Source of the DNA: Methanocellales archaeon
Lineage (GTDB): Archaea; Halobacteriota; UBA148
DNA length: 64,000 nucleotides
Direction of reading: 5' to 3'
Assembly (NCBI GenBank): GCA_030019435.1
Contig: JASEEV010000003.1
Location: forward strand, 2,376 to 66,375
Made by a program: the position numbers and the translations under genes. Position 1 is the stretch's first letter, and each line of letters begins with the position of its first letter. Of this stretch, positions 48,304 through 58,059 are shown one piece after another. The notes under the pieces are model-generated. The model was not told the DNA's origin and ran no database searches. It saw nothing but the letters and a program-made list of their open reading frames with translations.

Positions 48304-49461
48304 ATGAAGGTCATCAAAGATCCGATCCATGGGTACATATTATTGGACGAGCTCGCGCTAGGACTGATCGACACGCCAGAGGTGCAACGCCTGAGGCGCA
48401 TTCGACAACTTGGTCTATCAAATTTCGTCTATCCGGGTGCGAACCACACCAGGTTCGAGCACTCGCTTGGCACACTACATTTGGTAGATCAGCTCTTAGA
48501 TCAATTGGGCATCGCTGGCAAAGAAAGAGACGAAGTTCGGGCAGCTGCATTGCTACATGATATTGGGCATGGACCGTTCTCACATTCAACAGAGGAGCTT
48601 CTGGAGAAACACACGGGCAAAACTCACTACGATATAGGACATTTGGTCTCATCTGGCAGGATCGCGGATATCTTGGATTCACATTCGCTAGATCCTTCCG
48701 TCATCGCAAAACTCATCAGAGGTGAATCCGCGCTAGGACAGCTGATAAACAGCGAACTCGATGTGGACAGGATGGATTATCTGGTAAGGGATGCCTATTA
48801 TACTGGCGTCGCATACGGAGTCATCGACTATGTGCGATTGATACACGAGATGGAGCTCAGAGGCGAGTGGTTGGTGGTCAGAGAAGGTGGATTGCAGGCT
48901 GCTGAATCCCTGCTCGTATCCCGCTTTCTGATGCACCCTACGGTATATTTCCATCATGTGAGCAGGATCGGTGAAGCCATGTTAGAACATGCAGCTGAGG
49001 CGCTGATAGAATCTGGGTTAGCGCCTACTACATTAAGAAGGATGGACGACTATGAGCTGATGGCTGCGCTAAGAAGCGCAAAGGGCTATCCACATGATAT
49101 CGCAGAACGAATGGATGAACGCCGACTATTCAAACGAGCGCTTTACATGGGAAAGGACTCCGTGGACATAGATAGAATGGTGGAGCTCAGGAGACAGTCC
49201 AAAAAAATTGAGAGCGAAATAGCAGAAGAGGCAGGACTTCCAGAGGGCTATGTGTTGTTGGATATCCCAAAGCGACCAGAGATCGTCGAGATGAGGGCGA
49301 GAATATTGGTCAACGATGAGATGAGGCGATTAGACGAAGCCTCGCATCTCGTGCGCATATTAGTGGACGCGCAATGGGACAATTGGAAGTTAGGCGTGTA
49401 CACGCCAGAGGAACACAGGATGAAAGTGGAGAAGGTCGCGAGGGATTATCTTGCCAAATGA
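48304..49461 (+). CDS. HD-domain phosphohydrolase (dGTPase-like HD superfamily)
   Basis: RFEHSLGT…LLHDIGHGPFSH…D. It overlaps the ubiX start by 11 nt. Confidence 0.75.
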   Translation: MKVIKDPIHGYILLDELALGLIDTPEVQRLRRIRQLGLSNFVYPGANHTRFEHSLGTLHLVDQLLDQLGIAGKERDEVRAAALLHDIGHGPFSHSTEELLEKHTGKTHYDIGHLVSSGRIADILDSHSLDPSVIAKLIRGESALGQLINSELDVDRMDYLVRDAYYTGVAYGVIDYVRLIHEMELRGEWLVVREGGLQAAESLLVSRFLMHPTVYFHHVSRIGEAMLEHAAEALIESGLAPTTLRRMDDYELMAALRSAKGYPHDIAERMDERRLFKRALYMGKDSVDIDRMVELRRQSKKIESEIAEEAGLPEGYVLLDIPKRPEIVEMRARILVNDEMRRLDEASHLVRILVDAQWDNWKLGVYTPEEHRMKVEKVARDYLAK

Positions 49462-50014
49462 GATAGTGGTGGGAATAAGCGGCGCATCAGGGGTGCAATA
49501 TGGCATACGATTGCTCGAGGTGTTGCAAAATAGAGCTGAGACGCATCTCATCATGTCAGAAAGCGCCAAACTGATTTTGAAAATCGAGACGGAGTATGAG
49601 GTGGAGGATGTCACACGGCTTGCATCACATGTACATGCACCAGACGATTTGGCTGCACCGATTGCATCTGGCTCATGTCAGTTTGTGGCAATGGTCATCG
49701 CACCATGCAGCATGCGAACGCTGGGGGCAATTGCAAACGGCATCTCTGACACGCTGATCACGCGCGTGGGCGATATATGCCTGAAAGAGGGGAGAAAATT
49801 GATCTTGGTGCCAAGGGAGACACCTCTTAGTCTGGTCCACCTGAGAAATATGGTGAAGGCAAAGGAGGCAGGAGCGATCATCATGCCTGCTTGCCCGGGA
49901 TTTTATTCCAAGCCAAAAAACGTTTCAGATGTCATCGACTTCATCGTGGGACGCGTTCTTGACGTTTTAGGCATAGAACATGAGTTATACAAGCGCTGGG
50001 AGGGTGTGCATTGA
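49451..50014 (+). CDS. ubiX: flavin prenyltransferase UbiX (prenyl-FMN synthase)
   Basis: VVGISGASG, the PCSMRTLGAIANG… pattern, and 187 aa length. Confidence 0.8.
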   Translation: MPNEIVVGISGASGVQYGIRLLEVLQNRAETHLIMSESAKLILKIETEYEVEDVTRLASHVHAPDDLAAPIASGSCQFVAMVIAPCSMRTLGAIANGISDTLITRVGDICLKEGRKLILVPRETPLSLVHLRNMVKAKEAGAIIMPACPGFYSKPKNVSDVIDFIVGRVLDVLGIEHELYKRWEGVH

Positions 50015-51261
50015 GCTTTCGAGCCTTCATCAAACGATTGGCTGAAGCCGGCAAGTTGATGGAGATTCACGAGCCGGTATCGCCTAAGTTAGAAGCACCA
50101 GCGATGGCAAAAAAAGCAGGGCAATCAATCCTGTTCCATGCCGTGAATGGCTCAAAGGTCGTGATGAACCTTCTGAACTCGCGCGATACATTGGCTATGG
50201 CATTGGATACCCCTCCTCAGGATATCATTAATAAGCTCATCAATGCCAAGGATGGAAGCACAGTCATTGTAGAGGATTCACCAACGAAGGAAGTCGTTTC
50301 CGAGCCAGACTTGAGCAAGCTTCCCATAATGACCCACTTTGATAAAGACGGTGCGCCATACATAACCGCAGGTGTGGTCATTTCTGAGTTTGAAGGCATC
50401 ATGAACGCATCCGTTCACAGACTGATGATGCTTAGCAAGACTGAGCTGGTAGCGAGACTGGTAGCACCACGTCATACGTATCTTCTGCACAAAAAAGCAT
50501 CAGAGCAAGGCAAGCCATTACCAATAGCGATTGCTATAGGAATCGATCCCATCACATTATTCGCTGCCTGCACGAGGGTGCCCATGGGAGAGGAGTTTAA
50601 CTATGCTTCTGCTCTGAAAGGAGCGCCGCTTGAACTGTTCAAATGCGAGAATGGAGTCGCAGTGCCAGATGCGGAAATAGTGCTTGAGGGATATATACAC
50701 CCAACGAAGAGGGCAAAGGAAGGTCCATTTGTGGACATCACTGGCACGTATGACCTCGTGAGGGAGGAGCCAGTGATCGAGCTGACGAGAATGATGTGCA
50801 AGGAAGACCCAATCTATCATGGCATACTCCCTGCTGGAAACGAGCACCGCCTACTGATGGGGGTACCATATGAGCCCATGATTTACAAGGCGGTTGGAAG
50901 CGTAACTAAGGTGAAAAATGTCGTGCTAACGGAGGGAGGATGTTGCTATCTCCATGCCGTCGTTCAGATCGAGAAGCAGACCGAGCGAGATGGTAAAAAT
51001 GCTATGATGATGGCTTTTGCCGCACATACCAGCCTAAAGCACGTGGTAATCGTGGATGATGACATAGATATATTCGATCCAAGAGAAGTGGAGTATGCAA
51101 TAGCAACCCGCGTGCGAGGGGATCGAGACATTCTAATACTTCCTCACGTGCGTGGATCATCGTTGGATCCATGTTGCATGCCAGATGGGACGTCCACTAA
51201 GGTAGGGATCGATGCCACCAAGGCGCTTGGCGATGAGAGATTTGAGAGGGTGACGAAGTAG
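50011..51261 (+). CDS. UbiD-family decarboxylase (candidate trans-anhydromevalonate-5-phosphate decarboxylase)
   Basis: 416-aa UbiD fold with a conserved E(x)4…R/E prFMN-site region. It overlaps ubiX by 4 nt. Confidence 0.65.
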   Translation: MSFRAFIKRLAEAGKLMEIHEPVSPKLEAPAMAKKAGQSILFHAVNGSKVVMNLLNSRDTLAMALDTPPQDIINKLINAKDGSTVIVEDSPTKEVVSEPDLSKLPIMTHFDKDGAPYITAGVVISEFEGIMNASVHRLMMLSKTELVARLVAPRHTYLLHKKASEQGKPLPIAIAIGIDPITLFAACTRVPMGEEFNYASALKGAPLELFKCENGVAVPDAEIVLEGYIHPTKRAKEGPFVDITGTYDLVREEPVIELTRMMCKEDPIYHGILPAGNEHRLLMGVPYEPMIYKAVGSVTKVKNVVLTEGGCCYLHAVVQIEKQTERDGKNAMMMAFAAHTSLKHVVIVDDDIDIFDPREVEYAIATRVRGDRDILILPHVRGSSLDPCCMPDGTSTKVGIDATKALGDERFERVTK

Positions 51262-51271
51262 AGAGTTTCGT

Positions 51272-51625
51272 TTATGTTACATTTGCTTTAGCCTTCTTAT
51301 CCACCGTCGCCGCAGTAGCTGCTACCTCCTCTACCTGCTCTGAGGTCTTCTTGACCATCAGTTTTGACAGCTCGAAGTCGAATTTTACAAGTGCCTTTAC
51401 TATGGGATTCTCAGTGTTTAGCTTGTACAAATGTGCCACGCCTACCTTCCTCGTGGATATTACCAACTCAGCTTCCAACAGATCGCCGAAAACTTTGTAT
51501 AGCGTTGGCCTAGCGATGCCTGCGCCGTCCGCAATGTCAGTCATAGTGTAGTCATAGTCCATATGATCGGTTAGAAAATCAAGTACCTTTACTTGTGGGC
51601 TGTCCCCAAACACATCTACAAACAT
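51272..51625 (-). CDS. winged-helix transcriptional regulator, hypothetical
   Basis: 117 aa with an HTH (YTMTDIADGAGIARPTLYKVFGDL). It is divergent from the dehydratase operon. Confidence 0.45.
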   Translation of the reverse strand: MFVDVFGDSPQVKVLDFLTDHMDYDYTMTDIADGAGIARPTLYKVFGDLLEAELVISTRKVGVAHLYKLNTENPIVKALVKFDFELSKLMVKKTSEQVEEVAATAATVDKKAKANVT

Positions 51626-51646
51626 TTTTACACCACAGTAATGAAT

Positions 51647-51664
51647 ATATACACCTGTGTATAT
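51647..51664. promoter_or_regulatory. 18-bp palindrome ATATACAC-CT-GTGTATAT in divergent promoter region
   Basis: An exact inverted repeat read from the sequence. It lies 22 nt upstream of the regulator start codon. Confidence 0.35.
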
Positions 51665-51754
51665 ATAGTTTACTGTACTTCCACTAAATAGTATTTAACT
51701 GTTAATTTAATAAAACGAAAGTGTTAAATATTATTAACAGTATTTCATTGTGAA

Positions 51755-52033
51755 ATGAAACTACAAAAGGCTGAGATTCAAATCTTATACAAATTGTTCA
51801 GGCACACACGATTTGGCCGCGGTCATATGCTCATGGACAACTTGACACGAGGTTTCCCCAGTCATCTAAAAGGCAATGTCAAAGAGGCTGTCAATGAATT
51901 AATCCGAAAGGGGTTGCTCGTTGAAAAGCCAACAAGGCATGGCATAGCAGTTCATATAAACTTTAAAAGACTTGATGAGATCATAGCGATGTTAGAGGAA
52001 AACCTTGGCATGATGTCGAATTTGCAAGAATGA
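51755..52033 (+). CDS. small winged-helix protein, hypothetical
   Basis: A 92-aa first gene of the dehydratase operon (LIRKGLLVEKPTRHGIAVHI wing). Confidence 0.35.
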   Translation: MKLQKAEIQILYKLFRHTRFGRGHMLMDNLTRGFPSHLKGNVKEAVNELIRKGLLVEKPTRHGIAVHINFKRLDEIIAMLEENLGMMSNLQE

Positions 52034-52040
52034 GGTTAGC

Positions 52041-53192
52041 ATGCATCTGACAAGAGAAGAGGAGACGATCTACAAAGGTGAATCTGGTGCGACAAAGCAA
52101 AAAGCCATGGAGATCTTAGTCGCGCTAGGTGATATCTACGGTGCCGACTCTTTGGTTCCGATCGAGAGCGCCCAGATCGCCGGGGTCTCGTATAAGACGA
52201 TTGGCGATGCTGGGCTGGAGTGGATTTCCGATCTAGATGCTAGGGTCGAGGTTCCATCGATGTTGAACCCAGCAGGCATGGACCGAGAGAAATGGAAGGA
52301 CATGAGCATACCTGCGAAGTTTGCTGAAAAACAAGAAGAAATATTACGAGCATACGAGCGATTGGGTATAGCTCTGGAGTGTACGTGTACGCCCTATTAT
52401 GTCAGTCCGCCAAAATTTGGAGCCCATCTCGCCTGGGCTGAATCCTCAGCGGTAGCATATGCAAATTCCGTCTTGGGCGCAAGAACTAATAGAGAGGGAG
52501 GACCGAGTGCCTTGGCGGCAGCACTGATCGGAAAAACGCCTCGCTACGGCCTTCATCTGGATGAAAATAGGGCTCCAGATGTGTTGATCCGAGTAAGGGG
52601 CAAGCTACATGACTCAGATTACGGTGCACTTGGATACATAATAGGCGAGATGATGAGGGATCATATTCCATTGTTCGAATTGAGCTTGCTACCAACATAT
52701 GACGAGCTTAAGGCATTTGGAGCGGCAATGGCAGCCTCGGGAGCGGTGGCATTATATCACGTGAAGGACGTTACACCTGAATCTAAGAATTTTGATCGCC
52801 CTAGAGAGTGCATCTCGCTAGGCTTAGATGATATTAAGGAAATGTACGAAAAAGGGGATGAGCCAGATATCATCGCGCTTGGATGCCCGCACTGTTCACC
52901 AGATGAATTGAAGCGTATCGCAAGGCTGCTATCCGGGAAGAAAGTCACCACCGAGCTTTGGATTTGCATCTCGCGCAGGATAAAGGAGCAAAATATCCGC
53001 CTAGTAAGGGAGATCGAAAAAAGTGGTGCCAAAATAATATGCGATACGTGCATGGTCGTTTCGCCAGCAAGCGAGCGTTTTGAGAGAATGATGGTAAACT
53101 CTGGCAAAGCGCTAAAATATGTGCCAAGCCTATGTGATGTTGACACTATACTCGCTACCACAAAGGATTGCATAAAAGCTGCTTGTGATTAG
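52041..53192 (+). CDS. aconitase X catalytic subunit (DUF521); candidate phosphomevalonate dehydratase large subunit
   Basis: 383 aa with the AcnX-type Cys/Fe-S ligand context (CTCTPY, CPHC, CDTC). Confidence 0.65.
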   Translation: MHLTREEETIYKGESGATKQKAMEILVALGDIYGADSLVPIESAQIAGVSYKTIGDAGLEWISDLDARVEVPSMLNPAGMDREKWKDMSIPAKFAEKQEEILRAYERLGIALECTCTPYYVSPPKFGAHLAWAESSAVAYANSVLGARTNREGGPSALAAALIGKTPRYGLHLDENRAPDVLIRVRGKLHDSDYGALGYIIGEMMRDHIPLFELSLLPTYDELKAFGAAMAASGAVALYHVKDVTPESKNFDRPRECISLGLDDIKEMYEKGDEPDIIALGCPHCSPDELKRIARLLSGKKVTTELWICISRRIKEQNIRLVREIEKSGAKIICDTCMVVSPASERFERMMVNSGKALKYVPSLCDVDTILATTKDCIKAACD

Positions 53193-53606
53193 ATGAAAGT
53201 CAAAGGACGAGCCATCTCCAGAGGAATTGCAAGTGGAAGGGCATTGGTAACATCTCAGCCGATATCTTTTTTGGGAGGCGTCGATCCCATGAGCGGAGAA
53301 ATAATCGAAAAAGGGCATGAGCTGTTTTCAGAGAAGATTGCAAATCGCGTTTTGGTCTTTCCGAACGGAAAAGGCTCGACGGTTGGCTCGTACGTCTTAT
53401 ATCAGCTCAAGAAGAACGGAGTCGCACCATGTGCGATGATTAACATCACATCAGAAGCAATAGTTGCAGTCGGTGCCATAATATCCGGCATTCCGTTGGT
53501 GGATCGTTTGCAGATCAATCCGCTGGGCATAATCCATGATGGTGACATGGTATTGGTAAATGGAACAGAAGGGTATGTTGAGGTAGGAGATGAAATATCT
53601 GGATGA
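53193..53606 (+). CDS. aconitase X swivel-domain subunit (DUF126); candidate phosphomevalonate dehydratase small subunit
   Basis: 137 aa, starting 1 nt after the large-subunit stop (SRGIASGRALVTSQPISFLGGVD). Confidence 0.65.
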   Translation: MKVKGRAISRGIASGRALVTSQPISFLGGVDPMSGEIIEKGHELFSEKIANRVLVFPNGKGSTVGSYVLYQLKKNGVAPCAMINITSEAIVAVGAIISGIPLVDRLQINPLGIIHDGDMVLVNGTEGYVEVGDEISG

Positions 53607-54573
53607 GCTCAAAAATTGCAAACTCTGTGAATGGAGATGTGGTGTTAATAGGCTTGAGGGCGAGAGAGGGGTTTGCGGAATAACGATCCCAGAAGTGGCA
53701 TCTTCAATGCTTCATCCCGCCCCACCTGCAAGCTATGATGCCTTCTTAGTAGGATGCTCGTTTCGCTGTCTGTTCTGCCAAAATTGGAGGATCTCAAATT
53801 ATCCAGACAATCCTGCTTCAGGAAGCATAGAAGGCTATTATCCACCAAAGGAATGGGCTGAGCTAGCCGTTCATAGCTTAAGATCCTTTTCAGCAAAGAT
53901 GATAGGTGCCGACCGACTGTTCTTCACTGGAGGTGAGCCCACATGTTCTCTCCCCTGGGTGGAGGAGGTGGTGAAAGAAGCAAGAAGGATTGATGCATCC
54001 ACGAAGGTCAACTATGACACGAATGGTTTTCTGACCATGGAAAGCCTGAAAAGGGTTCTTCGATTTAGCACATCGATCACTTTTGACATCAAGGCATACA
54101 ACGAGGATACTTTTAGGGCTCTAACCGGCGCTCCTGTGGAGCCGGTGCTCAGGAATGCGGAATACGTTGGAAAGAGGGCAAGGGACAAACTCTATGAGTT
54201 CAGGATCATGGTGATACCTGGAATACATGAGAAAGAAATACCTGCGCTATGCGAGTTCATCGCAAGCATCGATCTCTCGTTGCCGACATGTTTCCTGGCT
54301 TTCAGACCGAACTTTATCATGGACTCCCACAAGGGTGCAACCCGAGAGCTCATGGAGTTTTGCGTTGATATGGCAAGGAAGAGAGGTCTTGAGAATGTTG
54401 GCTGGAGCGGGTCTACTGGCATTAGTGGAGAGCTGCCTGCATCCCGACAAGCAAAATTGGCGTCTGCTTATGCACTTGAAAAAGGCTGTGCTAGGGAGAG
54501 AAGAAGCTGTGGAGAATGTGACTCTCGTGAGAAATGTCAGATCAAGAGATATGTGCCTTATAGGAGCACTTAA
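53590..54573 (+). CDS. radical SAM enzyme, PFL-activase-like (COG1180 type)
   Basis: An N-terminal C-x2-C-x-x-C…C cluster and a CSFRCLFCQNW SAM-cluster motif. It overlaps the small subunit by 17 nt. Confidence 0.7.
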   Translation: MKYLDELKNCKLCEWRCGVNRLEGERGVCGITIPEVASSMLHPAPPASYDAFLVGCSFRCLFCQNWRISNYPDNPASGSIEGYYPPKEWAELAVHSLRSFSAKMIGADRLFFTGGEPTCSLPWVEEVVKEARRIDASTKVNYDTNGFLTMESLKRVLRFSTSITFDIKAYNEDTFRALTGAPVEPVLRNAEYVGKRARDKLYEFRIMVIPGIHEKEIPALCEFIASIDLSLPTCFLAFRPNFIMDSHKGATRELMEFCVDMARKRGLENVGWSGSTGISGELPASRQAKLASAYALEKGCARERRSCGECDSREKCQIKRYVPYRST

Positions 54574-54758
54574 TGCCTCCCACCTCTGCCCTCTTCTATA
54601 TGTTTTTTGATCCTTGGCTCGTAGTCCTTCAGAAGTTCAACCAGCTCGAGCATGTGCTCTGGGTATATGTCGACAAAATCCTCAAAATGCCCATCACCCC
54701 TATTATATCGAATCTTGTAGTTATCATAGTCGTTCACCGCAATATTCCATCTTGCCAT
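54570..54758 (-). CDS. small hypothetical protein
   Basis: 62-aa ORF, convergent with the rSAM gene. Confidence 0.25.
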   Translation of the reverse strand: MARWNIAVNDYDNYKIRYNRGDGHFEDFVDIYPEHMLELVELLKDYEPRIKKHIEEGRGGRH

Positions 54759-54779
54759 CTTTTCACCTCACATTTCCTC

Positions 54780-54977
54780 TTACCAAAACCTTTTGATAAT
54801 GTCGTACATGCCACCGATGAACCCAAGAAGAATGCCCACGCTCAATCCGATCGCCGCTCCTGTTTCCCCGAACCTTTTTCCGATAAAGTAGCCTATGAAT
54901 CCTCCTGCGATCACAGAGAATGCCAGTTCGGTTCCGACCGAGATCGCTTTCATAGCTTGCATTCTATCCTTGGGCAT
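54780..54977 (-). CDS. small two-TM membrane protein (AtpZ/AtpI-like)
   Basis: 65 aa with a Gly-rich hydrophobic pair of helices. Confidence 0.3.
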   Translation of the reverse strand: MPKDRMQAMKAISVGTELAFSVIAGGFIGYFIGKRFGETGAAIGLSVGILLGFIGGMYDIIKRFW

Positions 54978-55026
54978 GCCTTATAGTTACTCGAACTCAA
55001 AGAGATAAATATCTTTACTAAGTAAT

Positions 55027-55686
55027 TTGGATAACATGAGAGTGTTGGCCATCGCAGACACGCATGGAAATTTCTCGAAGATTCCAGCAATCTTAGAGCG
55101 GGCTGGAGAAGTAGATGCAATCCTTGTGGCAGGAGACATGACCAATTTTGGTCCTGATCGAAAAGCCAGGGAACTCCTAGATGTTTTAGTGGCAAGCTGT
55201 AAAAGGGTGATGGCTGTTCCAGGCAATTGTGATCCCAGAGGCGTGCTGAAGGTCATACAAAATTCTGGTGTGATCAGCCTCCACGATTCTGCCCTCACAT
55301 TAAACGATATAACGTTCATCGGACTGGGAGGATCGAATCCAACCCCCTTCGGGACGCCTTTTGAGCTCTCTGAAGCGGAGATCAAGGAGATATTATCAAG
55401 GCTTCTGGGAAAAGCAAGTGGTCGAATAGTTTTATTGTCGCATGCTCCACCAAGAAATACGCTAGACGCCACAGCACACGGAAATGTCGGCAGCGTGGCA
55501 ATACGAGAAATATTGGATTACGTGGATTTAGTCATATGTGGACACATACATGAGGCGCGTGGTATCCAAAAGGTCGGAGACACCCAGATCGTAAATCCTG
55601 GGCCTGCTGCGAAAGGGTTTGCAGCCCTTATCACCATCAACAAGGAGATAAAAACAGAGCTCATCGGTCTAAAGATGAAACTTTAA
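55027..55686 (+). CDS. metallophosphoesterase (calcineurin-like)
   Basis: AIADTHGN, GDMTNFG and GHIH motifs. Confidence 0.7.
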   Translation: MDNMRVLAIADTHGNFSKIPAILERAGEVDAILVAGDMTNFGPDRKARELLDVLVASCKRVMAVPGNCDPRGVLKVIQNSGVISLHDSALTLNDITFIGLGGSNPTPFGTPFELSEAEIKEILSRLLGKASGRIVLLSHAPPRNTLDATAHGNVGSVAIREILDYVDLVICGHIHEARGIQKVGDTQIVNPGPAAKGFAALITINKEIKTELIGLKMKL

Positions 55687-55714
55687 GTATTAAGCCGTTG
55701 CTTTACGCATTATC

Positions 55715-56425
55715 ATGCCGATCAAGAATGGAGACTTCATCAAGATAACATATACTGGACGACTGGAGAACGGAGATATATTCGATACGACCGATGAAAA
55801 GGTTGCGAAGGAGGAGGACATCTTCGATGAAAGTGCTGAATACGGAGCGAATATGATCGTGATCGGTTCAGGGCACATTGTGAAGGGACTGGATGAAGAC
55901 GTCGTGGGAAAGGAAGTTGGATATAAGGGCAGCGTGAGAATTCCGCCAGAGAAGGGATTTGGTGAGAGGGATCCTGCGTTGATCGAGACGGTCATGATAT
56001 CCAAGTTTGAGAAGAGACCGTACCCAGGAATGCGAGTTGGCATCGGTGGCAGGATGGGCACTGTGGAGACGGTGATCGGGCGTAGAGCGAGGGTTGACTT
56101 CAATCATCCGTTGGCAGGGGAGACCGTAGTATATGATTACACCATCGAGGAGAGGATAAAGGGCACAAAAGCCAAGATAGAAGGACTAATAGATTTGTAT
56201 GCGCACGCCGATCTCGATGTTGATATAGAGGGCGATGTAGCAACGGTAATCGTTCCATATGCGTTATCATTTGATCAACGTTGGTTGGTATCCAAACAGC
56301 AAATAGCCAATGAGATCTTCGCTCATACTAAGATCAGGGAAGTTAGGTATGTGGAGAAGCACGTTGCGCCTGAGAAGAAGCCAAAGAAGAGGCGAAAGAA
56401 AAAAGAGAGCGGGCCAAAGGGATAA
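55715..56425 (+). CDS. FKBP-type peptidyl-prolyl cis-trans isomerase (long archaeal SlyD-like) with basic C-terminal tail
   Basis: An FKBP domain (ITYTGRLENGDIFDTT) with an IF insert and a KKPKKRRKKKE tail. Confidence 0.8.
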   Translation: MPIKNGDFIKITYTGRLENGDIFDTTDEKVAKEEDIFDESAEYGANMIVIGSGHIVKGLDEDVVGKEVGYKGSVRIPPEKGFGERDPALIETVMISKFEKRPYPGMRVGIGGRMGTVETVIGRRARVDFNHPLAGETVVYDYTIEERIKGTKAKIEGLIDLYAHADLDVDIEGDVATVIVPYALSFDQRWLVSKQQIANEIFAHTKIREVRYVEKHVAPEKKPKKRRKKKESGPKG

Positions 56426-56543
56426 GTGAAAAATTATATCTACGATCAATCTTGGGTTATATTTTCAACGTACCTACTAACCAGAACAATTCCAATTATT
56501 AGGATTCCAATCAGGAACTTTGAGTTCATATCGAACCCCCTAT

Positions 56544-56984
56544 CTATCCCCTTTTCAGCTCGACCAATCTAAGAGCAAGTCCATCAGCGCAGTCCTCCGG
56601 TGCATCACCTAGTATGCTGGAGATCGTGCATTTGTCTCCATGGTGAAGCCCTTCTGGATGACAAAGATCGTAGATCCTGCAATCCTTCTTGTCACATTTT
56701 GGGGGCTCAAACGATATCTTTGCGTCGACAAGCGCTTTCCTAGACTCTATGGCTGCTATGATGGGTGACTCCACCACCTCGACGGCATACACGCCACCGT
56801 CATGCAGCGGACACTCATGGTGAGCATCTCTCGTGCCGACGATCCTATATCGCCTTCCAACATCCAAATTCATGCAAGTGTTTTTGAGCTTACAGCCCTC
56901 ACATTCGCTGGTCGGACCATTGAAGGCGAATTCGATCCCAACTTTTGCCAATCTCATTCCAATAAGTGTCACAGTAGCATTCAT
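56544..56984 (-). CDS. UPF0179-family Cys-rich protein
   Basis: 146 aa with several CxxC/CxH pairs. It overlaps the egsA stop by 4 nt. Confidence 0.5.
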   Translation of the reverse strand: MNATVTLIGMRLAKVGIEFAFNGPTSECEGCKLKNTCMNLDVGRRYRIVGTRDAHHECPLHDGGVYAVEVVESPIIAAIESRKALVDAKISFEPPKCDKKDCRIYDLCHPEGLHHGDKCTISSILGDAPEDCADGLALRLVELKRG

Positions 56985-58048
56985 GTTATCACTCCTGTAG
57001 TTCTTGCAAGTTTCTCGGCCATCTCCCTTGTCAAGCCAGTCCCGAGGATCGTGTATCTAGCTGGGCGAATTTCATGGGCATGAACCAGTGCTTCGATGAT
57101 GTATCGGTCCTCTATACCTAATTCTTCTGCATTGGTCGGCGCACCTATGTTCCTCAGCGAATCTCGGATGGATTGCCAATCCCCATCATGCAGGTACATC
57201 ATCATGATCGTGCCCACGCCACACTGCTCACCATGCAGAGCAGGCTTAGGTGCAATTCTGTCCAATGCATGACTGAACTTGTGTTCTGAGCCTGATGCAG
57301 GTCTGCTGCTTCCAGCAATGCTCATCGCCACCCCAGAGGATACTAGGGCTTTGACCACAATTCGGACGGACGCCTCTAGTCCAGGTTTGATGGAATGAGA
57401 TGCGTCCACTATGATCTTCGCAGTCATCTGAGACAGCGCGGCTGCATACTCGCTATATCTCGTGTTCTGTAGCTTATTTGCCAGCTGCCAGTCCTTGACT
57501 GCGGTATAATTCGAGATGATGTCTCCGCAACCTGATGCTAATAATCTATATGGAGCAGATACGATGATCTTCGTGTCAGCGATGACGCCCAGCGGTGCTT
57601 GTGCTTGTACTGAGACCGTCTGAGCATTTTGGGTTAAAGATGCTCTAGGTGAGGCGATACCGTCATGAGAGGCGGCGGTTGGCACACTTAGGAAAGGAAT
57701 GCTCAATTGCGTGGATGCAAGTTTGGCGATGTCTATGGATTTCCCCCCACCAACGCCAAGCAGAAATCTTGCGTTGAGCTCGCCTGCCCGATGCTTGACA
57801 GTCTCGACCTCAGACATGGATGCAGATGAAACGATGATCATATCAGCTTCATAGCCTTCATCGGATAATATTTCCACCACTCTTTCACCAGCTATCTGCT
57901 TGGTAGTTTTGCCCGTCACCACAAGGGCACACCCATCAAGTTTGATGTCCCTGCAGACCTTGCCGACATCATTTATTGCATCATGTCCTACAACGACATT
58001 TCTCGGCAATTGCATCCATCTGGAAGCATTTAAGTCCTCTTCGTTCAA
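56981..58048 (-). CDS. egsA: sn-glycerol-1-phosphate dehydrogenase
   Basis: Strong blockwise match to archaeal G1PDH as I recall it: [70 protein letters not shown]. Confidence 0.8.
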   Translation of the reverse strand: MNEEDLNASRWMQLPRNVVVGHDAINDVGKVCRDIKLDGCALVVTGKTTKQIAGERVVEILSDEGYEADMIIVSSASMSEVETVKHRAGELNARFLLGVGGGKSIDIAKLASTQLSIPFLSVPTAASHDGIASPRASLTQNAQTVSVQAQAPLGVIADTKIIVSAPYRLLASGCGDIISNYTAVKDWQLANKLQNTRYSEYAAALSQMTAKIIVDASHSIKPGLEASVRIVVKALVSSGVAMSIAGSSRPASGSEHKFSHALDRIAPKPALHGEQCGVGTIMMMYLHDGDWQSIRDSLRNIGAPTNAEELGIEDRYIIEALVHAHEIRPARYTILGTGLTREMAEKLARTTGVIT

Positions 58049-58059
58049 ACAAACACCTC

